DNA of 64,000 nucleotides from Balanoglossus misakiensis (taxonomy: Eukaryota > Animalia > Hemichordata). Shown here one piece after another: positions 47,944 to 61,544 of this stretch. Below the pieces are notes generated by a model. The model worked only from the letters and a program-made list of their open reading frames with translations. It was not told the DNA's origin and searched no databases. The DNA lies in contig CM082576.2 of NCBI GenBank assembly GCA_040954595.2, positions 11,349,129 through 11,413,128 on the forward strand, given 5' to 3'. Position 1 is the first letter of the stretch. Each line of letters begins with the position of its first letter. Both the position numbers and the translations under genes were made by a program.

Positions 47944-47948
47944 AAAAA
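47944..47948 (-). terminator. Probable Pol III oligo-T terminator of the tRNA gene
   Basis: TTTTT on the - strand about 10 nt downstream of the tRNA 3' end; a longer T-run follows near 47930-47938. Confidence 0.7.
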
Positions 47949-47958
47949 TAATATGTAT

Positions 47959-48030
47959 TAGCAGAGCATGGTTTCGATCCATGGACCTCTGGGTTATGGG
48001 CCCAGCACGCTTCCGCTGCGCCACTCTGCT
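47959..48030 (-). tRNA. tRNA-iMet-CAT: Initiator tRNA-Met (CAT)
   Basis: Reverse complement AGCAGAGTGGCGCAGCGGAAGCGTGCTGGGCCCATAACCCAGAGGTCCATGGATCGAAACCATGCTCTGCTA. It has an A1-U72 pair, three G-C pairs in the anticodon stem, a CAT anticodon and the AUCG T-loop typical of eukaryotic initiators. Confidence 0.97.
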
Positions 48031-49170
48031 ACGTTTGAGAGATGTGTGTCGACGCTGTTAATGTATGGACAAATTTAATCATGGTAGACAAAAAATGTGA
48101 CGCTATCGATCTCGGACTCATCGGAAGAAAGGAGAGCAGTGAAGCATATAAAGCATGATAAGAAAATGATTCCATATGCTGTCCTCAAATGGACTGTAAA
48201 TGTCTCCCTCTACCGACAGCTAGGCACGTGACCTTTGTTCTCTTACTTCGGCAGTTAAAGCCGGGCATGAACACCGAGACATAGAGTGACACCCCATGAC
48301 CATATGTATCCGACATCCTATATCTTCTTGGGTAATTATCAAGAAATTATCGCCCCTTGTAGACTTTATAAATGAGGGGGTGGGGGAGTATTTTCCACAT
48401 ATTTCTCAAAAAGGGTCTTCTTTGTTGGAAAGGTCTGAAAAGGGGGCGTCTGGAAACCTCGGCTTTTGGAACGAGCATGGATACGTACCTCCCCTGACAT
48501 AGGCATTAGCCACCCCAGGGACAACCCCTTGCGTTTCCCAACCGTGTGTTCAGTGACCGTGGTCAAACTTAACAAAAAGCTGTTTGTAATGGCCGAAATG
48601 ACCCTATGAGGTTAGGTTTTTATAGTTTGATCTTTTCAATCATTGACCAGATGGACTAGAAGTGGCAATCCACAACAATTTAAAGATGCGTCATTGATTT
48701 ATTGAACACGGTGTAAACCAATAAGGCAGCTTTCAGTTATTTTAAAGGGCGGGTGGGATTATGTGATGGACACACGGACAATCGCAGTTCATAAACTTGA
48801 CAAACGCTGACATTCATATTTTTTTGTTTTTCCTGGCCAAAATATTACTTTCGCTTAATTTCCAGAAAATCCACCCTGCACTTTTCGTATTATTCAGTCA
48901 TCGTTACGATTCAAAAAGCCAGTAACTATGACAATCTCTTTCAAAGTTGACACAAGAACTAAGCGAGTGGATAATTCGTTTTGTCAATTCCAGCCCCCCC
49001 CCCCCCAGCAGGAGATGGCAACTCCCTTAGGAACGACATCACTTGTGTGAAAAATTCTGACGTCACACGACTGAGCAGGTCGACCATTCCCATTGTCGAT
49101 CGTCAGCGTATGGACTGAACGCAAGGGCGTTAGAGTTCTTAGAAGGGAAAAAACAATCAACCTTTCAGCG

Positions 49171-52100
49171 ATGAAGTTCCGCGGGATATTGCTGTTAGTC
49201 TGCTATGTCAGCTTTAGTAGGGCCTCGGGCGAGTACAAACGTAAGTACTAGTTTTATTCAACGGAAACCCATAGCCAGAGGGGGGAAATGTCTACTTTGG
49301 ATTTTTTTTACAGTCTGAGGGCGCTTGGCACATGTTTTGCACTTGTTGTCAATAGTTGCACGTATTGTCAAAGAATTTTGTGTTGTGAACTCAAATGCAT
49401 GACAAAAGTTCGATCAACCCATGATACATTCGACAGATCAAAGTGCGCAAACGTACGCTACTTTATATTACTTGACTTGAAATAAAAATTTAAGCAAAAA
49501 AGATAAACATTCATTGTAAAAGAAGTGTCAAAATATTAAATTTGTCCATTTTCTCCTTGGATAACCAGAGTCAAACCATTTTCTTTCAGCCTGGGACCAG
49601 TACCTTAAAGCCATAGACAGCTTGACTGACGAACAGAAGACGCAAACAAGAGTTGTTGAACCATCGCTTGTGGTGAGTTCTACTTTTCCATCTCGTACAA
49701 GTCACACGTTTCATTGCGATGACAATTATTCACCATCGCAATTGTCATCCCCGTCGTGACAATGTGACAACAGGTCATGATTAAAGTCAAAGTTAGAAGC
49801 ATATAAAAGTAGATTTATATATTTTTGACATCAAAAGTTGCTAAAAGACTGGCAATTTTATTAAGTCATAATCGGGTTTCCTTTAGTGAATAAGCTCCCA
49901 CTATACATACATGTATCTTATTGTATGAAGAGGCGAATGTATAATATGTTTTAGATAAAAACTTCAAACGTGTAATATTTCACAGCAATATCGATCAGAT
50001 CGTATACACTAATACACTGTATTCTTAACAAGCATTTTCAACGTAGTACATCCACTGTGTTCAATCGCTAGATCGACTGGCCAGACGAGTTTCCCTGTGA
50101 AGTAAAAGTTCCCGGATTTACAGATAGACCTGGAGGAATTGATGGTGAGCAGTGGTATAGCTTATACTTTGTAAATTATGTAAATTACTATGCAAGTAAC
50201 TCGACCACTCGATAAATAAATAAATAAATAAACAAATAAATAAATACATTTAAAAGCTATATAATAAATCTAAGGAACTCTATTTTGCAAGTCTGTTATT
50301 CTCAAGTCAACTGTTAATCCTTCTTCAACTCAATTTACCAATAAAAACCAAGAGTTGACTTCAGCCTTATGCAAGCTGCAATTATCGACGTAAAATTATT
50401 ATTGCTGCCAGCTAATCGGTTAATAAGTGTTTTTACAATTTACCATTTCTCACATCTTACTCATCCATCTTCGCTCGAAGGAGAAAGACTCTCGCGGTGT
50501 TGAATGATACTTCATTTATCATCAGAACAGATTATATACAAGAAAAATCACCACCAGAAGAATTTTCGCACTGAAAACAATATTTGTTTTCATTTTTTAT
50601 AGTTCATCATCTTCACCCTACCGACATCAGAGTAATCGGTGCCCTGGGGGATTCGCTCTCGGTAAGTCACATGACCCTAAGATCTCAATAATGTCTACCC
50701 GTCTGTCTCTGTCTGTCTCCATCTCCCTGTCTCTCTCAGTTAACTAACTTGCTGAATCTGACATTTTTTCAGGCTGGCAACGGTGCCAAAGCTGACAATC
50801 CACTGCAGTGTTTATTCGAATATCGCGGAGTCGTCTTCAGTGTTGGCGGGGATGACCACCCAGAAAACGGAACGACGGCAACTGTAGCAAGTAAGAATGG
50901 ATCCTTCACGAACAGTATTTGTGAAATTATCTGTGTTCTGTCGCGTTATTTTTGGCTTATTTGCATTTTTTTCTTGTCGGGCATTGGATATCCAGAAATA
51001 TAGTAAAATATAAAAGGCCGCATTATATGAGGAACACGGCCATCGTTTAATTAAACTGACTGAAATTTGCGTCCCTTCCAGATTTGCTCAAGGACCTTTA
51101 CTCCCAGAATGGCCTAGAAGGGTATTCAACGGGACGAGGCAATGTCAACTCGGAAGGCGCCAATCTTAACGTTGCAGTCCCTGGGTCTGTCGCCGAGTAA
51201 GTTTGGATTGACGTGTCTTTTCTGTGGTAAAAAGGGTGTTTGAACCGTACAGATATACGCCCTGATTTGTGTTTGTTACTAGGCAAGAAAAATCAAATCT
51301 TTTCTTGGTCCGTGTATAAAGCAAAATTACCCACCACCACTACTGCATGTTTTTACGTCTTTCTATTTCAGTGATATGGTTGACCAAACACTGATGCTCA
51401 TAGATCGGTTGAAAGAAGACCCAAACATCAACTACTACCACGATTGGAAAATGGTCACCTTGTTCATCGGTGGTAATGATCTGTGTGCATGGTGCCGGGA
51501 CAGGGAACGGTTCAAACCGGAGAACTATATCAATCACATCAGAGAGGCATTGGACATCATGCACGCTGAGGTAAATTACCTTTATTAATAGACTCGATGA
51601 CGATACGGATCGATGTTGTACGGCAGAAGCACTCCGCCACTGGAGGGCGCAAACACCGTACGAACGAGGTCTGAAAAAAAACTAAATATTATTGCTCGTG
51701 TTAAGGTGAACTTCACGAAGAAATTAAGACCTGTGCTAAAATTGGTTGTGGAGAGGAAGATGGGGACGTGATAAAGCATCAATTATGGTATTTGTTACTT
51801 TTTAATTACCAAATTGCTTCTGTTGAGTTGTCCCGCAAGCTATTCGAATAAAATGAACCTTGGTAAATGTACTTCTTTCCTTGAATCTGAATTATTGCAG
51901 CTGCCGAAGACGTTCGTAAATTTAGTATCTGTCTTACAAGTCACGGAGATCAACAAATTGAACAGCACTTTTTGTAACATCATGCATCGGTAAGTAAATT
52001 GGCAATTGACAGGTTGAAGATTTTTTCTCCAGCGTCTTTGTTACAGCCCACAAGTGCATGTAGACAGACAGACAGGCAGACTGACAGATTGTCATACAAT

Positions 52101-53876
52101 TCAGTTTGCTAATGTACCTGACAAGCCTACGATGCTGTGGTTTTAATTAACTTAAATTGACTTTCTTTTATGAATATTACAGTTTCCTGTGTCCTTGTGC
52201 CAAGCTAGAATTTACAGAACCAGAGGAAGTAGCCGAACTGGTTGAAGTAATGAGACAGTACCAGGTTAGTTTGCCTAGAAAAGAAAAAAAACTCAAGTCA
52301 CGTAAACTTACCGAGAACAGAGATTATATATTTTTATAATTCTAATGCGGAAATCTTTTGTGAAAAGATATTTTACTTTAATTTGGTAATATATTTTTGC
52401 ATTGAATGTATGAATTTATTATTTACAGAGACTGGCGGCTGAACTTGTGAACTATGGCCGTTACGACACTCGCGATGACTTCACAGTGGTGGTGCAGCCA
52501 TTCCTGGCGGCCACCGGTTTACCATGGGATGAAGAGGTAACCTTTTGTACGCGCAGAGGATGAATGATGAATGAATACTTTATCACCAGATGTTTCACAG
52601 TATAAACAAGGAAAAGTTGTACAAAGTCAAAAAGAATACAGGGGGGAAATAATACTGTAAAATTGTACGATCTGGTGGGGACAAAATACCATTCTTTCGG
52701 CCTCTTAGTTCAGCGCCTCCGTTGCCCCGCCCCTGACAAATACATGACGATGACACTATTCTTGTAAATGTACATGTATATGACATGTTGGTCGTCCTTT
52801 CCTTCGAGCACGTATCTATACACTATAGTGCCTGTGGCACCAAAACTTCCGAGTCAGTAAGATTGAGTGACTGTTTACAGTTTCGATAAAAAGCAGCCCT
52901 TCAATCAAGACGAGTTGAAGTGGATAGATTCTTCTTTTCTATTTTTCTATTTTTTGTGTGTGAAACACAGGCGGGCAAATGGGACGACTCTATCATGGCA
53001 CCGGACTGCTTCCATTTCAGCGAGCTCGGTCATCAATTGACATCTGGTGGCCTCTGGAATAACATGGTAAGTGTTTAGTGGCGCATGTTGAGTTCGGAAC
53101 ATGGAACTTCCAAGTCTGCATTTTCCCCCCTTATTAGGGTTTCATGAGACCAGCAAAATCACCATGAGCAGATGACAAACACGTATTAAAAAGAATTCGT
53201 GCCCTGGCGAGGGATTCATTTTCTCCCCTTTCCCCTCTCTCCCCAGTTTGAACCCGTCGGTAACAAGACCGCCAGCTGGGATTATAATAATCTCTACATA
53301 ATTTGCCCTGAAGCGGTAAGTATGCTAGTGTATCGTCGAGGTGTTTATATTCTTGAACAAAACGTGTCTGTCTGTCTGTCTGTCTGCTTGTTCGCCTACC
53401 TTCCTTCTGGTGACACTGACACCGACTGATATTTATTGTTCTTTCCCCAGGATTCGTTTTTAAAGACGAGATTCAACAGTGAAGAATTCTATACGCCCGT
53501 CACACGAGAACCAACAACTACTAAGACGACGACGACAACAGCAACAACAACAGCAAGACAGCCGACAACGCAAACCACGACGACAGCCGCTGCAACTAAA
53601 GCGATAACAACGCCGACACCGCCGCCCCCTCGAACGACAGTTGCAGAACCGATTGAAGCCTGCCCGAGTACAGATTACAGCGTCCACATGATCGTACTGA
53701 TCAGTTTAGTCGCCGCAGTGGCCGTGTGTGTCGTCATACTCCTCATCTTGGCCGTCGTGTACATCAACAAGGTTGAAGACCAGTCACAATACTCTTTGTC
53801 GGGCGGGTCCATCTCCAAAAAGAAAAGCGAAGCCTTTGCAAATGTCTACCAGAACGGGGCGTACGGGATCAATTAG
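49171..53876 (+). CDS. PLB1-like: PLB1-like gene P4: single SGNH domain, long Thr-rich stalk, TM, Tyr-containing tail; 13 coding exons
   Basis: Exons 49171-49240 (MKFRGILLLVCYVSFSRA), 49590-49672, 50072-50144, 50603-50661 (IGALGDSLS), 50773-50890, 51082-51196 (LNVAVPG), 51372-51570 (IGGNDLC), 51901-51989, 52183-52264, 52429-52536, 52971-53066 (MAPDCFHFS), 53247-53315 and 53451-53876. Confidence 0.92.
50213..50245. repeat. (AAAT)n microsatellite in a P4 intron
   Basis: taaataaataaataaataaacaaataaataaata seen directly. Confidence 0.8.
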
Positions 53877-55569
53877 ATGCCCAGAGATTCAGCAATAGCT
53901 GCGCCAGATTCACTGGTCCAAGAGAATTGGCCAACAATAGTATATAAAGACAACAAAAAGTGTTTGTAATTTAATCTCCTTCAATATGATACAAGTGTTC
54001 TGTCATTAGAAGTACTGATTAACCTATATAGAACGGAATGTACGACAGAGAATGATCACTCACACCAGCTACTCACAACCACTCGTCCATGTTTGGTGTT
54101 TGAGCGATTCTCTCGTAATCACACTTCGAAGGGCTTATATATTTACAACATGCTACCTTTTGAAAAAAATTTCCCCCTTTTAACTTTCTTAATTTCTGTT
54201 AAAGTTTTTTACGACGTCAATCTTCATGTACGCGGTGAGGACTGTCGCAAACCAATAAAACCCATACTAATGTTACATTGGTGGTGAGTTCAGATATGTT
54301 TTGTACCGGTTCTGTTCTTTTACGAGAAAATGTGACAGCCGATTTTGTGCATAGAGCAATAAACGGCAATAAAGGAAATGAAATACTAGTACTCTTTTCC
54401 AAAGTCAGTAAATTGCTACAAAAATTGAAAAAAAGTAGTACGTTCGTCATATCAACGAGCGGAAGAAATCCTGACGGCTTACGACAGTTTTCAGCTTAAT
54501 CTTCTCCAGAGGGCGTTAGCTATACTATGCGAGAGATTTATCTCACTGAGACCACAATCCCTCATGTGCTCATATGTGCAAACGGCCAGATGACTTCTAC
54601 ATCATGTAAGGCTTAGTGGCTGGACAACCGCGTAAGCACAAGTAAGTTTGTAATTTAATGCACTCATGCTATATTATGACTTTTAAACCGGTAGAATCCA
54701 AATATGTTGTCAAGGCAAGATCATTTATTAAAGCTGTCGTTGCTAGGTTGGGAGGAGCCTGTCTTATCGCATTTCAAAGTTCGACATCCGACGTTAACTG
54801 TTGCGCGGTTATCATCATCTGGGCCGTATTTTTTCTTATTTCCCGCGACCAAAACTCGATCCCGACGAAATAAATCGTTGTCTGCATAGCTTGAGAATCG
54901 AGGTCGACCCATATAGGCCTATACTACACCCACCCGTGTGATTGTTTTCTGAGGTAAGTTATTACATCGGTAGGGTCGTGGAAAGCGGGCGTTTTCGTCA
55001 CATTGCTTTGCTCATATGTTCAGGCGATATGTTCGCTTAGTTCCACACGCTTGTCTTGCACGTCCAGAAGTACAGACCTACTGCAGCTATTTTTATGTAT
55101 CGTATGTGTCGGTTAGAAAGAAATACTAGTATACTATCGCACAACTTTGACTACTGTATTATACATCAACCGCTCACGAACATGTCAATGTGGGCTGGCT
55201 CCCGCCATCTTGGTTGGGTATTGAAATATCGACTAGTTAATTTTTATTCATTTTGATTAATATTAACGTTTTGGTCGATTTAAATGATATTTAGATAATA
55301 CTGCAATATAACATCCTAATTTCGGCGTCCGCAGACGTGGTATGGAGTGTACACCGGTTTACATACACATTATGACATCAAACGTCTCATTCATTGATTT
55401 CCAGGATGAAGTAGCTGGTTAGCAGGATCGCGGACCAAGTCAAAAACCAGTTCTGGTTTATCTGATTTACTTGACATCACATCGACAAAGACGAAAGAAA
55501 TCCGCTGTTCCGGCACATCGAGTCGCTGTTGGCGTTGGACATAACTTCGTAAACAGGTCAACCTCAACC

Positions 55570-55755
55570 ATGGTGGACAAAAATGTCCGGTTTGACATTA
55601 CAGTGGTTGTCATAGGCGGTCTGACTCTTATTTTGGCAGCCATAATAATCATATTTCGCATATACGATCACCGGAAAGGCAAAAGGCAAGGCGGAAGCAC
55701 CGAAAACTTCTCCGAAAGTGACGGATTGCTGAAAAGTACCAAAAGCGACACTTGA
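55570..55755 (+). CDS. Candidate 61-aa single-pass membrane microprotein (no recognised family)
   Basis: AACCATGG start context. MVDKNVRFD-ITVVVIGGLTLILAAIIIIF-RIYDHRKGKR...ESDGLLKSTKSDT*. Possible 5'UTR intron (GAG|GTAAGT at 54954 to ttccag| at 55404). ATTAAA/AATAAA at ~56077-56089. Confidence 0.55.
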   Translation: MVDKNVRFDITVVVIGGLTLILAAIIIIFRIYDHRKGKRQGGSTENFSESDGLLKSTKSDT

Positions 55756-57059
55756 AGAAGGTTAAACATTCTCCCCCCATGTTCTGGTTTCTCGAATGGA
55801 ATGACATGTTCCATTAAGGGCCGATGTTGCATTTCGTGAAGAAGGTCAACTGTTTTGAGATCGTCGTGATTTACCCCCGAATGACTTTGCTGTGTGATGC
55901 ATATATCTGTCGCTCTCAAAATCAAACTTGATTTAGGTACTGGATCCGGGGAGAAAGTACATTACAATGCTTTGGAAATACAGTGACTGTCTGTTCGTTC
56001 ATTGTAACGGCGAGCACATGATCACGCTGAGGGCTGTCCTTTACTGAAATTTGTAATTACTGGGATAAATGAACCAATTAAACAATAAAGATAAAGGAGA
56101 TAATATCTTGTGAACTGTTTTGCATAAGTGCTACGTTCGAATAGACTTTCACATGCTCCCTCGTGCTCCCCTTAGTTGAGCTGAGCATATACGAAGACAT
56201 CAGGGGAAGGGCCTTTGAAGGCCGTTCTGATTGGATTTATTCGATAAATAAATTGAGGGCGCATAATCGCCACCGGACTGTGATATCCATACTGATCTTT
56301 GGCCAGTCCGTATTTTTAACAACGCCCGACCAAAACAGACAATTGCACTGTGTTATATCACACACGACGAACTGAACTTTGCGACTTGTGTGGTACCCAT
56401 CTACGGCGAACTTTGGATCTAACTGGACGTAACGAAGCCAGAGATCAAGAACACGTAAAATGGACCTTGACACAAAGTTGGGACGAAATACACCCGGTTC
56501 CTGACTATGCAACACATACTTTTGTGGCTCATTGCCCGGGCACATTGCTCTTGTAGCAAAACATTGAATATGTACATGGTAACCTTAGACAAATACAGTG
56601 GGTATTTGAGGTGAAGATGGCACTACAATTTTCCGAAACCTCTTTACGTCTAGATTATGAACCTCTTAGAACTTCGGAGCTCAACATCATGCAGTAAATT
56701 AATTCCCCGCCGTCTGCCATTTTGTTGACTGAACACTGGCATTTGACGACGCAAAGCAAATAACATGAATACTTTTATTGGCCGCTATACAACTTGAGTT
56801 ATGAACAGCCACATCAAACTTACGTAACCCCGACAATAATACCAGATTGGCAATGTGAACCCAAAAAACAAAGATTAAAGTGAAAAAAAACACAACAACA
56901 ACACAGACACACACGGCTGGTCGTGTTTTGTATTGATACTATTTATAATTGCACACGTGACTTGGAAGTTCAACTCTGTCGGCAAACTTTGTGCACTGGG
57001 TACAGTGGTCACCTGTTTTTTGTTTTGATCGCGCGGGGTGTTACCGCGCAGCCATCAAC

Positions 57060-60000
57060 ATGAAGTTCGTGACTTGTCTGCTTGTTCTCCTTTGCGTTCA
57101 AGGTTTTCGGTTTTCCCCGACGAATGCAGAAACGGCACAGTGTAAGTAGGCTATGAACTGTATAGTGCATTGAATTTCGTGTTACTAATAAATTTACTGA
57201 TTGATAACCGTTATTTTCCAGTTACTGATTAGTATGAGAGCCAACTCTTTCATTGTTACCTCGATTAATGAATGCACTTTTCATACGTTTGTTAACCATG
57301 GGAATGGGAAGAGGGATTTGCCTTTATACCTCCCCCCTAGCAAAGAACGCAATCGCATTATATGTGTGTGTATATGCACGCACCAGCATAGTACCAACTA
57401 TTACATATAAAATGTTGTTTTCTTCAGTCTGTGAGATTTCCATTCCCTTCATTCACAGCCTGGGAAGAATATGCATCGAAACTTTTGGAGCTGAATGAAG
57501 AAGTCTTCAAACACTTCGAGAGTGTTGAAGACATCGCAGAGGACGAGGTAGCATTTAATATTTTGTTCACCCAATATTTCTCTGGTTGAGTAATGCCTAC
57601 TATGACATACATTAAAACGCAAAAAATATGGAAGTCGCAGCTCTGCTTTAATTCGGCACGATCGTTTCTTAATCTTTCGATTGGAGCACGTGCTTTGAGA
57701 TTGTGTTTGCTTGTGTCTAATGCGACTTCACGTTGGTCAGCTGACGTGACAAGTTTGCGGGGCGGAACCGCGCCACCGCCCATGACAGTACCACCCACCG
57801 TTTCATCGACATCGTTAGGCCTATATCGACCTATATTTTGACGGTAGGGCACGGCAACAACACGGTAAATATTAACAGAATATCAGTCAAAAATCTACGT
57901 TTTATTTCTTTTATCCTCCATGGCTTGTACCCTGCTCCGTGATAAAAGGGGTCGAAGAACTATCACGACTTCCCCTGCAAAACGTTTGAATCCAAAGAGA
58001 CACCAACGTCAGGTGGGTGAGAGGATCATTGCATAGACGTGTGTGTGTGCGTACATATTGGGCCATCATTCACGAAATTGCCGAGTCGTAAAGATGGCAT
58101 TAGGTCTTAATAATGCGTCAATGTCGATGAAGGGCAGGTCGATTTAATACAACCTCTCGTTTTATGTGTTTATTATTCATTCAGTTCACCGACTGAGACC
58201 AACCGATGTGAAAGTAGTTGCAGCTCTCGGAGATTCGATAACGGTGAGCTTATGTCAAATGAGAATCTCGACTCTTAGCGCAAGCTATCAGAAAATCCGA
58301 CCGAACAATACAAGGTGTCATAAATATGAACTGTGGTATTAAACTTATTAACAGTAAAGACATGTTGAAGAGATAAAATATGACACGTGACGCGTATGAT
58401 ACAACGGAAAAAGGGCACAACTTCTGTAAAACTTATGAAACACTTTCGGTATTTCATTTTTTCAGGCAGCTAATGGTTTAGATGCGAAGACTATTATTGG
58501 TGTTCTCACTCAATACCGCGGAAAATCCTGGAGGTGTGTTCATATCAGTCGTTCTTGTGCCAATTTTGGGATTAGGCATAAAATTAGAACGTTCGATCTA
58601 AGTACTAGCAAATATGACCGGCCATTACTAGTATTCAAGCACAAGCACAGGCGCCCGAGCGCACACCTGCCAGCCCGCCCTCATAAATGATATGTGTTTC
58701 TTTCGTTTCAGTATCGGTGGGGAGAAGTCTTACGAGACTGTACCAACGTTGCCAAGTGAGTGAGTTAAACTGACTGACACTTCACAAGGCTTGTCATTGG
58801 AAGATTAGAAATAAACTGAAACAGCCACAGGCACAATTTCCCCAATCAGATCGACACGTCCCGACCCTGCTGTCATTTATTGCAACATTTGTCAACAACT
58901 CCCCCCCGACCGATCGATCGATTACATAACACCGTTTAATGTGAATCGAGGTCAGGAATTTCACCTTTTTGTGATACAACGTTTCTTTCCAGATGTTCTT
59001 CGGAAATACAACCCTAGTGTGATTGGGTACTCTGTCGGCACCGGCGGAGAGCGCAGTCGCGGTAACGGTCTGAACGAAGCTGTACCAGGTGGCATCTCGG
59101 TGTAAGTGTAAATTATCACGATCACGTACAAACATAATCCGGGTTATTTGTAGCCGCGACTCTGGAAAAATTCAAGTCTTTTCTTCTGAGTTGACATATC
59201 CTACATTCAGTTGGTCAGGATAATTTGGACTTTTTCATCGCAGCCTTCTTGAAAAAAAATTCGTCTTGATTTTCGAAGCCAACGTTATGCTATACAGTGT
59301 AGTACTATTACCTATCTACAATGGCCCTGTGACCGACCAAGTAATGCTCTGTACTTCCAGACGATTGAAGCATACAACTCGTTAATGACAATTGAAAACG
59401 ATTAACTCGCCTCTTGATTTACCGATAAAACCAAAGTTAAACTTTGCTTCCGTGTGATCCCAGGAATATGCCGGGCCAGGCCAGGGAATTGGTGGACAAA
59501 ATGAGAGAAGACGAAAAGATAGACTTCGATAACGACTGGAAAGTGGTGACACTATTTATCGGCGGTAACGACTTGTGTCGTTGGTGTAACAACCAGGAGA
59601 AGTTTGCACCCGAGACATACGCAAACAACATCAAGGAAGCTTTGGATATTTTGCACGCAGAGGTATATAGATACAATCATGAAATAGCACATGTTTTGTT
59701 GTTGTCAGCATAATATTTCACGCTTTTGTTTCAGCAAAAAAGTTATGCGTTCGCTAACCGTCCAATACATTAATATGTGCGTGAATTTGTAAATATGTAT
59801 GTTCGTGTGTATGTATGTATGTATGTATGTATGACGGTGTGTGTGTGAGAGTTTGTTTAATCAAATTCTAGTTTGGAGTTATCCACAATGTCCAATAATC
59901 GATTCGATTCTTTTTCAGGTACCAAGAGCCTTTGTCAATCTTGTTTCCGTTGTGAGGGTGACGCAAATAGCCCGAGTCCACAACCAACCACTGTGTGACA

Positions 60001-61544
60001 TCGTTCACAGGTAAGCCAAGCCATCTTTCTAGGGACTATGACCAAACCGGACTCGTGTTGTCTTCGCTAATCCATATACAGCTCATTTGGCCGAAAGCTT
60101 ACCTTACGTACTTACGTACGTGATTTTTTTAATTTTAAGAATCATTTGCGAGTGCGGCAGGTTTGGACACGAAGGGGAGCTTGAACCAATCATTGATGAA
60201 TATCACGTAAGTACACTCCATGAAAACAAAGTCATTCATTATGTGGACACTTTCTCGTTATGATGTTTGATCTTCTTTCGTTGGTGGAGTGTAGTCCAAA
60301 TGTGCGACAGTTTCCTATAGGTAAACCGTTGATAGCTTGGTCTGAAGGTTTTCTGACCAGTGTGATATAATTCTAATGTTGCAGTAACTATTATTGTGTA
60401 TTGACTGCAGCGTTTGACAGACGAACTGATGACAAGCGGCCGGTACGATTCCCGGGAGGACTTCACGGTGGTCGTTCAACCGGCGTTCAAACACACAGAA
60501 ATACCCGAGAAAGAGGTAAGTTTCTCTAATGTTGTCGCAACACCCCCTTTTCACTACCACTGTCTGCGTGCAGTTCGGTTGTTCAGATGTACACTCTAGA
60601 ATGAAGTGTAAGATGATATGCTGGAACTTTTTGAGTCTTAAAATCCCTCACAATTTTTATGTTACTTTTTTCTTATAGGATGAGGGAGTAGATCTTTCTT
60701 ACCTGGCGCCGGACTGCTTTCACTTCAGCGCCAAGGGTCACGCCGCCGCCGCTCAGGCACTCTGGAATAATATGGTCAGCAAATGTTCAGTTCATCGTCC
60801 ATTTACAATAACTTACTTCCTCGTACGTCGAAAAGGCGAAATTTGGTATCGTTGTCAGCGTCTTTCTGAGAATTGCAGATACAATGTAATTATATAGGAA
60901 ATTGTAACAAACATTTACGTGAATGAAGAATCCAATTCATTCTTTACCGTGTTCCTCGACAGATTGAACCAGTATGGAGCAAGAGAGAGCAATGGTCACC
61001 AGGCGAGCCCATTGAATGTCTATCTGAGGTAAGGAAGCTGAAAAATATGCCAGAACAAAAAGCCTATAGACTCGACTCCGAAAAAAAATGCAACACGCAC
61101 ATGCAAAAGTTGCTGCATAGAAAAATGTGCTGAAGGATTTAAGCGATACTAGCAGATGCATGAGGGTATTAAAGCGCGCGTTGTTTACGGACATTGATTA
61201 TTAGCAACACCTTGCAAACTTGTTTTAGCCCACACCTTTCGCTTTTGTTCCAGGAAAATCCCTTCTTCTACACAATGTTGAACAGTCCACCTGGACTTCC
61301 CGACACGAAGCCGGGCGAACACGAGCCAGCAGGCGTGAACTTGAACGACTGGCCATGGCAACAAGTGGCACCAACGGGAAACAGTTTCAACATGTCTCGG
61401 GAATCGTGTCTGGTGTTCGCGGGGGCGGCACTTGCAGTGGTTGTGATGGCAACCGTTCTTTGTACGCTGGTGGTTGTTCGCGTGAGAAACAAACGAAAAT
61501 CAACCCTCCGTCAAAAGGAAAAACAACTTTTGGCCGACTATTAG
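57060..61544 (+). CDS. PLB1-like: PLB1-like gene P5: single SGNH domain, type I membrane protein, 14 coding exons
   Basis: Exons 57060-57141 ([15 protein letters not shown]...), 57459-57547, 57949-58012, 58185-58243 (AALGDSIT), 58466-58533, 58712-58755, 58993-59101 (LNEAVPG), 59464-59662 (IGGNDLC), 59919-60010, 60140-60206, 60411-60515, 60679-60774 ([13 protein letters not shown]), 60963-61028 and 61254-61544 (TM plus basic tail). AATAAA at ~61780. Confidence 0.92.
59806..59850. repeat. (GTAT)n/(GT)n microsatellite in a P5 intron
   Basis: gtgtgtatgtatgtatgtatgtatgtatg...gtgtgtgtgtg seen directly. Confidence 0.8.

Noticed and set aside
47692-48024. 110-aa - strand ORF
   Set aside because: It begins inside the tRNA-iMet gene and is incidental.
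49713-49749. Overlapping 9-10 bp inverted repeats in a P4 intron
   Set aside because: Too short to distinguish from chance or local slippage.
57424-57852. 142-aa - strand ORF
   Set aside because: Antisense to P5 exon 2 and its intron, with no recognisable motif.
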